Shown: in pieces, positions 28,490 through 40,980 of the stretch
How positions within the stretch are numbered: position 1 is the stretch's first letter
Layout of the letters: each line of letters opens with the position of its first letter
DNA from: Octopus vulgaris
Taxonomy: Eukaryota
Direction of reading: 5' to 3'
Length of the DNA stretch: 64,000 nt
Assembly: GCA_951406725.2 (NCBI GenBank)
Contig: OX597826.1
Span: forward strand, 18,104,001-18,168,000
Position numbers and translations under genes: made by a program
Notes under the pieces: model-generated
Seen by the model: the letters and a program-made list of their open reading frames with translations, nothing else
Databases searched by the model: none
What the model was told of the DNA's origin: nothing

Positions 28490-28680
28490 GCAAGGTGGTA
28501 GAATTGTTAGTACTTAACAGCATTTGATCTGTCTTTATATTCTGAGTTCAAATTCTACTGAGGCCCCTTTGTCTTTCATTTTTTTGGGGGGGTCAATAAA
28601 ATAAGTACCAGTTGAGCAACTAGGATCAATGTAACTGACTTTTCCTCTCCCACTAAAGTGCTGGCCTTGTGCCAAAATAT
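28490..28680 (+). mobile_element. tRNA-derived SINE, family A (decayed)
   Basis: ctgagttcaaattc...aaaataagtaccagttgagc...ggccttgtgccaaaat. Confidence 0.65.
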
Positions 28681-29424
28681 TATTTCACTGCTTCATCACT
28701 TTTGTATCAAGTTTGTGGGCGAACATCAAGTATTTGCTTATGCTTGTACCTGGAGTCTGCTTCATATGGAAGAAAAAATATCATTTCTGAATATAATGGA
28801 AGTTACTCTAGTATAGATGTCTTCTCTTTTCTCAAGATAAAGCCAATCTGCCAGGAAACTAGAATAGTATAATATCTCATTGATATTTATTATATCAAAA
28901 ACTGATGTTAAGTATAGTTTTAACTCCACTGAAATTTGAACCAAAAAGGCAAGACTATAACTAATATGCCATCATTAGATGATGATGACGATGACACCAA
29001 CGACGATGACAATGATGCCGATGATGATGACAACAATGATGATAGCTAAGAAGCATTGAGCCCAATGTTATCTCAGCCACAGAATGCGATACCTGAACCA
29101 GTTTAAAGATATCCTCTCCCTTATTTATGAAATATAAAAGATTTTATAGAGAAATGAAATGGTTAACTAGCAGATACTGGACTGCCAACACATTGATCAT
29201 AATTTCAAATCTGCCATGTTTTATTTGAGACTTTTTAGTTTTTTTCTCAAGCAAGACATTTAATTCTGCATAGCTCACTTCACCTTAATATCAAGAATAC
29301 AAATCAGTTACAAAAGAACTGGTATCCTCTCTGCCATGATGTATGGAGATAAGCACCTTCTTTATAGAGTACTGTGGTATGCAGAAAGATTTATCAGCTT
29401 TTTCCTCAAAAGTCTATAGGTGTG

Positions 29425-29468
<44 letters not shown>

Positions 29469-29506
29469 GCATATATATATATATATATGTATATGTATGT
29501 ATGTGC

Positions 29507-29558
<52 letters not shown>

Positions 29559-29586
29559 ATGTGTGTGTATATATATATATATATGT

Positions 29587-29825
29587 GGAGGCACGTGGCT
29601 TAGTGGTTAGGGTGTCAGCACCATGATTGTAAGATTGTGGTTTTGATTCCTAGACCGGGTGACGCATTGTGTTCTTGAGTTCGTTGTGTATATTTCCCGT
29701 TGCTCCAGTCCACTCAGCTGGCAAAAATATGTAACGTTGCAATGGACTGGCATCCTATCCAGCTGGGGAACACATACGCCATAGAAACTGGGAAACCAGG
29801 CCCATGAGCCTGGCTAGGGTTAGGG
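29587..29825 (+). mobile_element. tRNA-derived SINE, family B
   Basis: ggaggcacgtggcttagtggttagggtg...gattcc...ttgctccagtccactcagctgg; lies immediately upstream of the hammerhead element. Confidence 0.75.
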
Positions 29826-29892
29826 CTTATATTTTATATTTTTATATTTATATGTATAAAAAAAATTTTTTCACACTTATAATAAATTAAAT

Positions 29893-30003
29893 TCTCTGAA
29901 GAGTCCGTGGGGCATCCTTGTTAATGTCTCATTTATACCTGCCTTATATGGCTTATAAGTTAAATGAGGCATACTTGCCCTTACGGACGAAACAGCTGTC
30001 AGA
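29893..30003 (+). ncRNA. Type I hammerhead ribozyme (long stem II, minimal palindromic stem III)
   Basis: TCT-CTGAAGA(29896-29902)-GTCCGT...ACGGAC(29983-29988)-GAAA-CAGCTG-TC(30000)-AGA. The CUGANGA/GAAA/GUC core is complete and stems I-III can pair. Confidence 0.8.
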
Positions 30004-30187
30004 TATGATATAATTATATATTATATTTTATATTTTATATTTCTATTTCCTTGTCTAATTATATTTACTATATATCTTGTATAATGCCTTTACTGTTATG
30101 TAATGGTGTAATAAAGTATTGATTGGGTATCATCTGATGGTTGATGTTTGATTGATTTAAGTATGTTTTCTCCATTTTCTAATTTTG

Positions 30188-30237
<50 letters not shown>

Positions 30238-30654
30238 CTGAAATAGATGTGCTTTAAAAAAAATATTAGAATGGCTTAAAATCATTTTAGCCTCAACTAT
30301 AACACATTGAAATGTAACTAGCACCTACTTTCCAGCTAAGTAGTTTGAGAGAAACAATATATCTTGCTTAAGGACAACTACAGAAATAGTTTCAATAACA
30401 AGTCTTCATCAAAAATATGTTATGTTATAATATCATCCAAGGCGAAACTGAACTTGTAGTTCTTGCCATCTAAATAGATCTATGTTAACTTAAAATTTAC
30501 TTTTGGGGACATGATTTTATGATCAACATCATAAATTTCATCATCCAGATGCTGTACTCAGGATACTTTTCATAAAAGGAAAGATAATACAGTGTCAAGA
30601 AAAACAAACTATAATACTAAATAGCAATAAAACAAAAAAATAACAAACACTTAC

Positions 30655-30777
30655 TGCTACAGGATGTTCCACTTGACATTTTGTAGCCACTGGGACAATC
30701 ACATTGATAAGAACCAGGAATATTAATGCAGATATTGGAACAGCCATGAGTTTTGTTTGAAGCACACTCATCAACAT
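30655..30777 (-). CDS. Exon, cbEGF module
   Basis: ggtttccag|AT...AGC A|gtaagt; 123 nt; (D)[40 protein letters not shown]. Confidence 0.95.
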
Positions 30778-30929
30778 CTGGAAACCAAACGACATTGCAG
30801 ATATTTATTTTATGTACAATTTCTCTGCAGGTATTATATATAACTGACTTGTATTTCATTAGTTTACAGATTTGGGTCCAAATTCCCTATTGACATTTAA
30901 TGTAATGTAGTGATGGGTTCTACTAAGAG

Positions 30930-31169
30930 CAGAGCTGGTTTTAAGCCATTAGATAGACTTGTTCAAATTGGGGGCCACACCAAGTGAGGGCCCTGCACAC
31001 ATGGTCGAGTGGAGAATACTATGATGAATTTTTAGTATATCTTTGTGGCCTTTTGGCCAGGACTGGAATGCTACACAAAGCATAAAACATCAATCTTCAG
31101 TTAATGTAGAATAGAGGACCTCACTGACGATTCTCTATTTGGGCCCTGCACTTCCTAGCACCAGCCCTG
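30930..31169. mobile_element. hAT-like MITE
   Basis: Ends cagagctggt / accagccctg, internal gggccctgcac repeats, imperfect 8-bp TSD actaagag/actagtag. Confidence 0.5.
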
Positions 31170-31285
31170 ACTAGTAGTAATATTTATTATCCAAGTTTGT
31201 ATCATGAAATCAATGACATTAAAAAAGAAAATATTAGAGTAAAATTAAAGGATTGTGCTTAAATGGGCAACCTCTTCACAACAAT

Positions 31286-31321
<36 letters not shown>

Positions 31322-33043
31322 TAGATGCAGACATGGATATATGATTAAGCTGACTTTGCAATCACATGACCTCAGGTTAAGTTTGATTTGTATTGTACCT
31401 TGAGTAAGTGTCTTCCACTTGTCTCAGACTAAATAACACCTTGGAGCTGCGAGACATAAAAATTTATAGAAGCTTGTCATGTGCATCTGTACATGTGTAT
31501 ATGCATGTGTGCATGAACATGCATACATGCATGAGTGTGCATGTGTCTTTGTGCAGAAATGTCATTTGTTCTTCTTCACATGAGACCATCTAAGCATAAA
31601 ACATTGATGTCACATTTACAGTCTCTGTGAACAATATATCTTGTACTTATGTGCTTTTGAAGTTAAGTGGGAAAAAAAGTCCCTTAGTAGAAAAACTCGT
31701 AAAAGTTGGTGACAGGAAGAGCATCTGGTCATAAAATACTACTTCAAATAAGTTCTCAACTAACCCATGCCAGTATGAAAAGAACGAGGGTAAAATGAAC
31801 GAACTGCAAGCTAAGTAAATACATAAAATTTACATGGAGGTTAAGCAAGTGAACTAATACTTATACATGGTAACTATCCACATTATGGAGAACTGAAGTG
31901 CAGAAAGGTGACCCAGGACGTTGAACTCTTCAGATGAGATGATAAAGAACCAAGATACCTGGTGCCTTGTTGTACCCAAGAAGACTTGTTCTCTTCGCAG
32001 CAGAGACCATATCCCCTGGTGAAGAGGATTGGCTTGCAAGAGTCCTGTACTGGAACCACATAAAAAGCACTCGTGCCTTTGCCACGTAAGAGCACTTGTC
32101 CCAGTGCAACAGTAAAAGCACCAACCACACACTGTAAAGTGGTGTCGTTAGGAAGGGCATCCAGCCATAGAAACCATGCCAAATCAGATTAGGACCTGGT
32201 GTAACTATCCACCTTGGCAGCTCCAGTCAAACTGTCCAACCCATGCCTGCATGGAAAATGGACATTAAAGGATGATGATGATGATGATGATGATGATAAC
32301 GGTGAATGAATGTATCTTTCCAAGGGGATGTTATGCAGTACTATATATGATAATATATGAACTTTCAATTTTTTATCTGAAATAGGTTACATTCTCAACT
32401 CAGCCAGTAGTACTGGTTTGTTTAGATATCATTAATTCCTCTTTCTTCAAATACAACCGTAGCAAGAACAGCATTAATGACAACCTCACCACCATCACCA
32501 TCCCTATCTCAGACTACACAGAACTGGTTGAATCAACAAGGGAACTCCTGCATGGTCACTTGACCTGCTAGAAACAGCAGTCATGTTTCCTTCAAACTGC
32601 ACACTATTGTATTAAAAATGGGAAAAAAACACATGGATTAATATAGTTCTAGGCAAACATAAAATACGGAATGGTTATGGCTGAAATGCATCTGAATATA
32701 GGCCATTCAGTTGATCAGGGTTTAATCATTGGAGACAACTGGTTACAAGCACAAATCTTGGTTACAAGCACAAATAGCATTTTATCTTGGAGTTAATACT
32801 ATCCACCCAAAATACCTAATATTCTTGAAGCAAATGAAAGATCTGTGATATGGTCACTCAACATGACAGGAAAACATCCCTTCGATGGCTTGACTGCCAT
32901 CTTAGAAAAGGAAAGACACATTTGATGATCTTATATGTGAATGAGAAATAAGATGGAACAGTTATGCCTGGAATGTCTAGGATTCTAGGTTTGATTAACA
33001 GGAATGATCTGTGACTAAGTTGCAACAGCACTAATATTCCTAC

Positions 33044-33166
33044 CTTGGCAGGTGTATCCGTCTTCACTTAGGGTATATCCAGTCATACAGTAACAACGGT
33101 AAGAACCCTGTGTATTCTCGCAGGCCTGGTGGCAGATACTTTTATTCAGGAAGCATTCATTGATAT
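33044..33166 (-). CDS. Exon, cbEGF module
   Basis: tttctaatttcag|AT...CAA G|gtagga; 123 nt; (D)INECFLNKSICHQACENTQGSYRCYCMTGYTLSEDGYTCQ. Confidence 0.95.
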
Positions 33167-33429
33167 CTGAAATTAGAAAGCAAAAATAATATTGCTCATT
33201 ACATAAACCATAAGAGCTGCAATAAGTGTGTCGGAGAGGGTTTGTTTCTCGTTTGACACACTGATCTATCCACCCAAGAGAGAGTTGGTTGTCACCTGAG
33301 ACTCAACAAACTCTACAAAGAGAACAAGCACAGCATGTTTTACATCACCAGGAGCTGCTCACACACAGTCCATAGCCACAGACCACTAATACAAAGAATC
33401 AAACATACTGAAAATGAAAGACTATCCAA

Positions 33430-33770
33430 ACTAACACAAATGGACATGCTTACAAAATCAAAAAAACAACACAGTACCCATGACTTTCAGAAATATTTTT
33501 TATTCACACACAGAATCGCTAAGGCATGGAATAAACTACCGGCATCTGTTGTTAGCAGTCAAGACACTACACCCTTCAAAACTTCCATGCTTCTTGAAAT
33601 TTTCCAACAGTATACCTGATGTCCCACCACACCTGTTTTTTCTTTTATATAGATTTATTCACTGTTCACTTCCTGTGCACATTTTATATACTGTTCATGT
33701 AATTTTTGTTACTTTTTCTGATGAGTTGTAGTGCACCTGAGCACTGTATACAATAAATTCCTTATCATTA
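33430..33770 (+). mobile_element. CR1-type LINE 3' end
   Basis: TNGHAYKI / KQHSTHDFQKYF.FTHRIAKAWNKLPASVV..QDT..FK, followed by a 3' UTR ending in aataaa plus att repeats. Confidence 0.7.
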
Positions 33771-34220
33771 TTGAAGAAGAACCATTTGAACCATTTGTTA
33801 CCGTAGTGAAAGCTCCAACTCTCACTGTCTCTGGCTCTGTGTGTGCAATTACCCCTTTAACACACAGACTCATCTGCAATTCCACCTTCTTACAACACCA
33901 CCCTAATACTTTCCTTCCTAAATCAAGCAAACAAACATAAAAAGCATATATGAAAGAAAATAAAAGCAATGTTGATAACCCCAAACAATGTCCTGGGACA
34001 CACACAATTACTGGTACATCATTCTCCCATTGATTCCACCTCATCCACTTCCCATGTTATGACCACAGGAGCCTACAGGTGCCACACACATTCACACATT
34101 CATTGTACAGAGAGAAAAGTTCAACACATTCAGTCACATTGTCCTCTTTACAATAAACCATTGTATATCAAGCAGTAGAATGTTTGTTAACTTGTAGGGC
34201 AATAGTATATCTGGAACAAC

Positions 34221-35639
34221 AGCCATAGTCTCATATAAATTGAATCAAGGAAATATTATACCACAGGGAGAGATCAGAGGCAGATGGGTTGAATTGTGCA
34301 AGTTCAGAGAATATAACACTACAGACAAAATACTCATTAGGAACAGATTGGTAACACCCAACTATGGCTGTCTGGTCTTTAGTGTTTAATTAGCTTTGCT
34401 CTGACAACGATGACAACAACAATTACAACAACTGTTTGATTGTGCCTACTTATTTGATCAACATTCTATGTCTACTTGATGCAAGTTGACCAGAGGTTAA
34501 ACAAGGACATGCAATGCACAACTAGATTTTGTCTTCTTTATTTGTACCACTGCTATTCTAAAATTTCCAAACTAATGCTGATCTCACCTAAAACCTGATA
34601 AACAACAGCTGCTGCTACTGCTGCTACTGCTGCTGCTCACTCTTTTGATTCCTTTTTTGTCTTCATCTCCCTTGCCACAAGATCTGTTGCTATCACTAGC
34701 AGAGCCTCCTCAACATCACCTTGTATAGTGTGATCAACATCAGACTCCAAACAAAATATTTTACCCAAACCTCTTTTTAAGAGAAGCATATTGTTTTGGA
34801 AATCCTTCCTAACCTATTTTCTTCCTATGTATTAACTTATGGCAATTCTAAACGAACCAAATGAAGAGAATCATCAGAATGTATAATCCAAGGATTGTGT
34901 CCATGTGAATCAGATTGGAAATAAAATCTTAGCTGTATATTGTTGTATGGTTAGCTGAGGTAAGGACTAACAGTTTGTGTAATACTCTTTATTGAAAAAG
35001 AAAGGGGAACGATATTCATTTCTGCAAAACATTCTCTATTCCAACTGCACAGCAACATACTTCTTCAATTAACCATATCTAGTTCATCGCCAGCCCCTAG
35101 TATCATTTTCTGCTTCCCTTGCTTATGCTAACACATAAGCTGAAAATCTTTTAGTAAGCCTCTCAACTACTTACCAATCTTAATAGTTTTAATATGAAAT
35201 GCTATATAGAGTGACATGATTAGCTACAATAGATGTCTTACAGTTGGAATATCAATCACTAAGGCATGAAATAGGATCAATACTTAGCTTTCAACAAGGT
35301 AGAACCTTGTTTACTTGCTTGTAGTAGTTAGATCAAACCAGTTTTTTAACCAATGTTATTGGGAAAGGCCTGAACATCACAATTTAGTATTTCCCATAAT
35401 TACTTTTATTTGTAATTTAGAAATCATTTCACTTGGTATGTCATAACATAAATAGCCATTGTCATATAAATTGAATCAAGGAAATATTATCCCACAGGGA
35501 GAGATCAGAGGCAGATGGGTTGAATTGAGTAAGTTCAGAGAATATAACACTACAGACAAAATACTTGTTAGGAACAGATTGGTAACACCCAACTATGGCT
35601 GTCTGGTCTTTAGTGTTTAATTAGCTTTGCTATGACAAC
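34221..35639. repeat. About 185-bp direct repeat pair (34221-34408 and 35454-35639)
   Basis: Near-identical copies, only about 10 differences by eye, about 1.23 kb apart. Confidence 0.9.
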
Positions 35640-36039
35640 TATTGTAATATACTGTAAGGATTTTGCAATTCTACCTTGTCCTTTAAATGCATGAGTGAAA
35701 TAACTGAGTAGTTTTAGTATAGTATAACCAGCTCAGAGCCATCCAGTAGATATGGGTTTGTATAACCAGCTCAAATAATACTTGGTACTATATAACTAGC
35801 ACATAAGATATTAGAGAAGCAGCTTAAACAAGGTGAAGCATAAAGATCTCCCACATTTGGAGTGGGCCCTGTGTGGGCTGTAGTGGTGGTATAAAGGTGG
35901 AGCAGGTCTTATTCAGTAGGCTAGACTCTGTTATTTTCATTTTCTGCATCAATTATCATAGCAATTTCTCTATCATTTTCAGAACCCATCATGAGTTGGA
36001 TCAGTGAACATTGTGACTTTGTTATATTATGAAAACAAC

Positions 36040-37127
36040 CAATCTGTAATAGCAAGACAGCAAGAGTTCCATAGACACTTTCACGCACAGTACAAATACA
36101 TCTGTACCAGATCAGAAAACAATTTTGCTTTGTAAAGAAAATCACCTGGCAGACCTACGACCGTTAGAACTCCAGAAAATGTGGCAGCAGTAAGAGCATC
36201 CATTCAGCTATCACCAAAGTGTTCCACTCATAAGCAGAGAACTAGAGTTTGAGGAAGATTCTGCATGCCAATTAGAAACTGCATCCTTATAAAATGATGT
36301 TGGTTCAAGAATTAACTGAGACAGGTCATAATAACCGCAGAGCTGTATGTGTGAATAGTCTTGCACAAGTTTCTGCTGCAGCTTTTCTTTTGAGTACCAA
36401 TGAGGTTCAATAACATATCAATGGAACTGTAAACAAGTAAAATTTTCGCTACTGGGCTGAACATAATCCTCATGAACTCCACCAATGATTGCTTCACTCT
36501 TCTCACATAACTGATTGGTGTGAAGTTGCCAGCTTTGGTATGATCAGCCCGTACCCTTTTGAAGAAGGTGGTGCAACAGTAACTGTTACCTCTGACTGAT
36601 ATGTTGCAATGTTGGAGGCCTTTCTGCACCCCAAACTGGACGATTTGGACACAGAACATCTGTGGTTTTAACAGGACGAGGCCACAGCTCACACAGCATG
36701 ACATTTACTCAGAGTGTTAAGGGAAATGTTTCCTGGGCATTTGGTTTCTTTAAGGGGAGACGTGGGGTGGCTGGCAAGATCACCAAATTTAAGCCCTTGT
36801 GAATTTTTCCTTTGGGAATACTTAAGGGAAAAAGTTTTCTGACATCGTCCTCAAACTCTTGAGGATTTGAAGGAAAGGATCAGAGATGAAATTGATGCAA
36901 TTCCACCTGAGATGACATGGAGAGTCCCGAAGAACTGGGAATGACTCCATCAATGTATTGCCACCAACGACTGCCATTTATCAAACATAACTTTTAAAAC
37001 CCATTAAAATAAAACTATGTTTTATGTACTTTTCAGAAATATAATCAGTTTTTTCCTAGATAGTTGTGTTCTTTTTTTATATCCATTTGGGATATAAAAA
37101 TTTGGGAAATCTTTATGTCCCACCCTG
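36040..37127 (+). mobile_element. Tc1/mariner DD41D (rosa/Visitor-type) transposon relic
   Basis: RPTTVRTPENV...LHPYKMMLVQEL...NFRYWAEHNP...WF*QD-41 aa-E(D)FFLWEYLREKV; multiple stops; ends in CACCCTG TIR-like terminus. Left boundary approximate. Confidence 0.85.
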
Positions 37128-37668
37128 TCATCATGGTATTTGTATAATCATCTGAGTGATTATTGTATTGCATGATCTGCTTAAAGATATAGCATTGTAT
37201 AACCTGTTAATATAAATGGTACTGTAGAACCACCTCAAAGATATGCTTTATAACCAGAACTTATAGATTTGGCACAGTATAATCCACTAACAGATACAAG
37301 TATATTATTTAATAACCGTCTAAGAGATATGATACTGTATAACTAGCTGAATAGATATAGTACTATATAACCTGCATACAGATATAGTATATCAGTTCAC
37401 TGATATGGTTTGTGTAGCCAGTTGAGTAGATGTGATATTGTAAAACTAACACCTAGATATAGTATTACAAGAGAAGATGTGATTCTTATCAATCTAAAGC
37501 TTTGAAACAGGAGCTAAACACCATTCTTTTAAATTCCCTTGAAACTGTATCAAGCATATTCAGGTCAAGAGTTTCTAATTACATAGATTGTCTATAACTA
37601 AAACACTAAAATACATAAAATTGATGAATCGGTTAGAGGATGAATAAGAAAAGGCTCAAATAACTTAC

Positions 37669-37791
37669 CAATGCATGATCTTCTGTTGCTGTGTAGGATG
37701 AAACCAGTTTTGTTACAGAAACATTCAAATGATCCATTATTATTGACACAAACATCATCACAGATGTAATTATCTTCACACTCATTGATGT
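37669..37791 (-). CDS. Exon, cbEGF module
   Basis: ctttgtctag|AC...ATT G|gtaagt; 123 nt; (D)INECEDNYICDDVCVNNNGSFECFCNKTGFILHSNRRSCI (within track ORF 37598..37810). Confidence 0.95.
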
Positions 37792-37899
37792 CTAGACAAA
37801 GAAATAACAAGTTTGAGAAATATTAAATCTTATTTATACCAATTTGATGGGGTTGGTGCATAAAGAGTTGTCAACAGGAGGAACTTGAACTTAACATTT

Positions 37900-38816
37900 T
37901 ACATGTGATGTCAGTGTGCATACTCGGCAGAGTGTAGGTATCTTGAGAGAAAAGTTGGACCTAAGAAGCATCAGATGTGGTGTGCAAGAGAGACAACTGC
38001 ACTAGTATGGACATGTGGTGCAAATGGATGAGGACAGCTATGTGAAAAAGTGTCACACCTTAGCAGTTGAGGGAATCTGTGGAAGAGGTAGACCCAAGAA
38101 GACATGGAATGAGGTGGTGAAGCATGACCTTCGAACATTGGGCCTCACCAAAGCAATAACTAGTGACCAAGACTTTTGGAAATATGCTGTGCTTGAGAAG
38201 ACTCGGCAAATGCAAGTGAGACTATAACCTTGTGGCCTATGCTAGGGGTGTAACCAGCCCACTTATGCATACTTTTCCTTCGTTGGACACTAAACTCTGC
38301 TTGGGAAGACCTGTTGAGGCAAGTGAAATTGAAATCAAAATCAAATTTGGTGACTGGCATCCGTGCTAGTGGAGTGATAAGAGTACCATCCGAGTGTGAT
38401 CGTTGCCAGAGCAGCAAATTGGCTTCCATGCCAGTGGGACATAAAAAGCACCATTCGAGTGTGATCGTTACCGGCATTGCCTTACTGGCACTTATGCTAG
38501 TGGCACGTGAAAAAACATTCAAGTGAGGTCATGACCAGTGCTGCTGGACTGGTTTTTGTGCAGGAGGCACGGAAAAAAAACACCATTTGAGCGTGGATGT
38601 TGCCAGTACCACCTGACTGGCCCTCATGTTGGTGGCACGTAAAAGCACCCACTACACTCTCAGAGTGGTTGGCATTAGGAAGGGAACCCAGCTGTAGAAA
38701 CTCTACCAGATCAGATTGGAGCCTGGTGCAGCCATATGGTTGGCAAGTCCTCGGTCAAATTGTCCAACCCATGCTTGCATGGAAAGCGGATGTTAAACGA
38801 TAATGATGATGATGAT
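37900..38816 (+). mobile_element. 5'-truncated RTE LINE with full 3' UTR and (GAT)n tail
   Basis: LREKLDLRSIRCGVQERQLH*YGHVVQMDEDSYVKKC...GRGRPKKTWNEVVKHDL; 3' UTR with internal subrepeats (aaaaagcaccattcgagtgtgatcgtt) ending ccatgcttgcatggaaagcggatgttaaacgat(gat)n. Confidence 0.85.
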
Positions 38817-39092
38817 ATGTGAATAAGCCACCATATCCACAACTATTCATAAACTGTTCCATAACAGTCAGAAGCATCTCCAAGAGCAAAATGAGTATCC
38901 AGTTTTAATGTACAAATGAAGGTAATTTCCATGGGAGATGTTTTTGACAAAAGCTGTTGCTAACCAAGAAAGTAGTTAAGTGGGGATAAAGAATTAGATT
39001 CTACTTTTTTTAGGGTTTTTTTCTTCTTTTTTATAATTTCAAATCTCTTTCCCTTAGCTCAGATGAATAATGTAGGCTTTTGTATGATAAGC

Positions 39093-39430
39093 TCATGTGG
39101 GACTCACACAGGGCCCACACAAACAAGGGAGGCTTAAACTGAGGACACTCTGAAAAGCAACCTTAAATGGAGTGGCATTAGACCATGTGGACTTCATGAG
39201 CTCTGCTGCAGACAGATTAGCATGGCTTCTCACCTCACAAGCAGTGGCTGCCTTTGAAGAGGACCAGTGTTTCACCGTTGCAAGAGACAGACATCACAGG
39301 GCAGGTAACAGACTATTGTTGTGACATCTGTAGGTGCCTGTGTGCTTCCAGGTTTGGACTGCTAAGTCACATGTGCCTTCGTTGCCAAGAACACAGACTC
39401 TGTCATCATCGGACACGTATGGATTACCAA
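39093..39430 (+). mobile_element. RTE (BovB-like) LINE 3' fragment
   Basis: LTQGPHKQGRLKL / DTLKSNLKWSGI...AADR..W...AFEED and terminal CDICRCLCASRFGLLSHM zinc-finger-like end. Confidence 0.7.
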
Positions 39431-40064
39431 GAAAAGGTATGGTTAAAAAGTTCACACCACAAGCATGGTGCCACTTGTTCAATCCCACTATGTGACATCA
39501 TGAGCAGGATTGAAGAAGCTTCAAATCAAAAGGCAGAGAATTCTGATTTGTAATAATAACCACAGAAGTAACTATTAAGGTGGTTTAGTGTTAGTCCTAG
39601 TTACAACTATGTTGAAGCTATTTAGGTGTGTCTGTGTGTTTGTACAGGGAAATTAAAGAGGGATGGTAATTGTTGAATACATTGGTCAAAAATATTTAAA
39701 GACTAGAAAAACTGAAGTAGAGGAAAGAAGTTCCGAAAGAAGAGAACTTTAAAAGAGTTAACACCTCTTTCAGATAGAAACACAGATAAAGATAATAGAA
39801 TAACTTGGTGCATGAAGATAAATTTTTTTCAAATTTTACCATTTACAGAACAAAATCAAAAAGTACAAAAATGAAAAAGGAGTAAGTTGTTATTTATTTA
39901 TATTTATATTTTTCAATTTCAAGGTTCACTTAACACATTTTTTAAAACACAATGAGTTATAGTTTTTACTAAATATTTAATTTCTTTCCTTCTTTTAAAT
40001 ATGTATATTTATTTCTGAATTTATTTAAAAAAAGAAAATCATTTGTGTGGATGTACATATATGT

Positions 40065-40655
<591 letters not shown>

Positions 40656-40857
40656 GCTGAATATATAAGCATATAGACCTATAACAATCTCCAAATGATG
40701 TATTTGGCTAAAAACCATAAATGAGGACACAAACATAAAGGAAAAGAAAATTATCTGGAGAAAGAAGTTTTGGTGTTTTTCATTTTGTTGGACCTATTTA
40801 TTGGTTTAGCAAACAATAAAACTTGCAAGTTAATCTGACTACAAGCATTTTACTGAC

Positions 40858-40980
40858 CAGTACAATTTTTGGTATTTGGCTTCAATTTAAAACCATGAGA
40901 ACAGGCACAGTAGCTGCTGCCGACAGTGTTTACACATATCTGTGAACATCCGTCATTTTCTTTGGCACATTCATTTACAT
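40858..40980 (-). CDS. Exon, cbEGF module
   Basis: tttttcctctcag|AT...ACT G|gtcagt; 123 nt; (D)VNECAKENDGCSQICVNTVGSSYCACSHGFKLKPNTKNCT. Confidence 0.95.

Noticed and set aside
33718-33760. CTGATGA followed by a hairpin
   Set aside because: No GAAA box; it is the CR1 3' UTR stem-loop.
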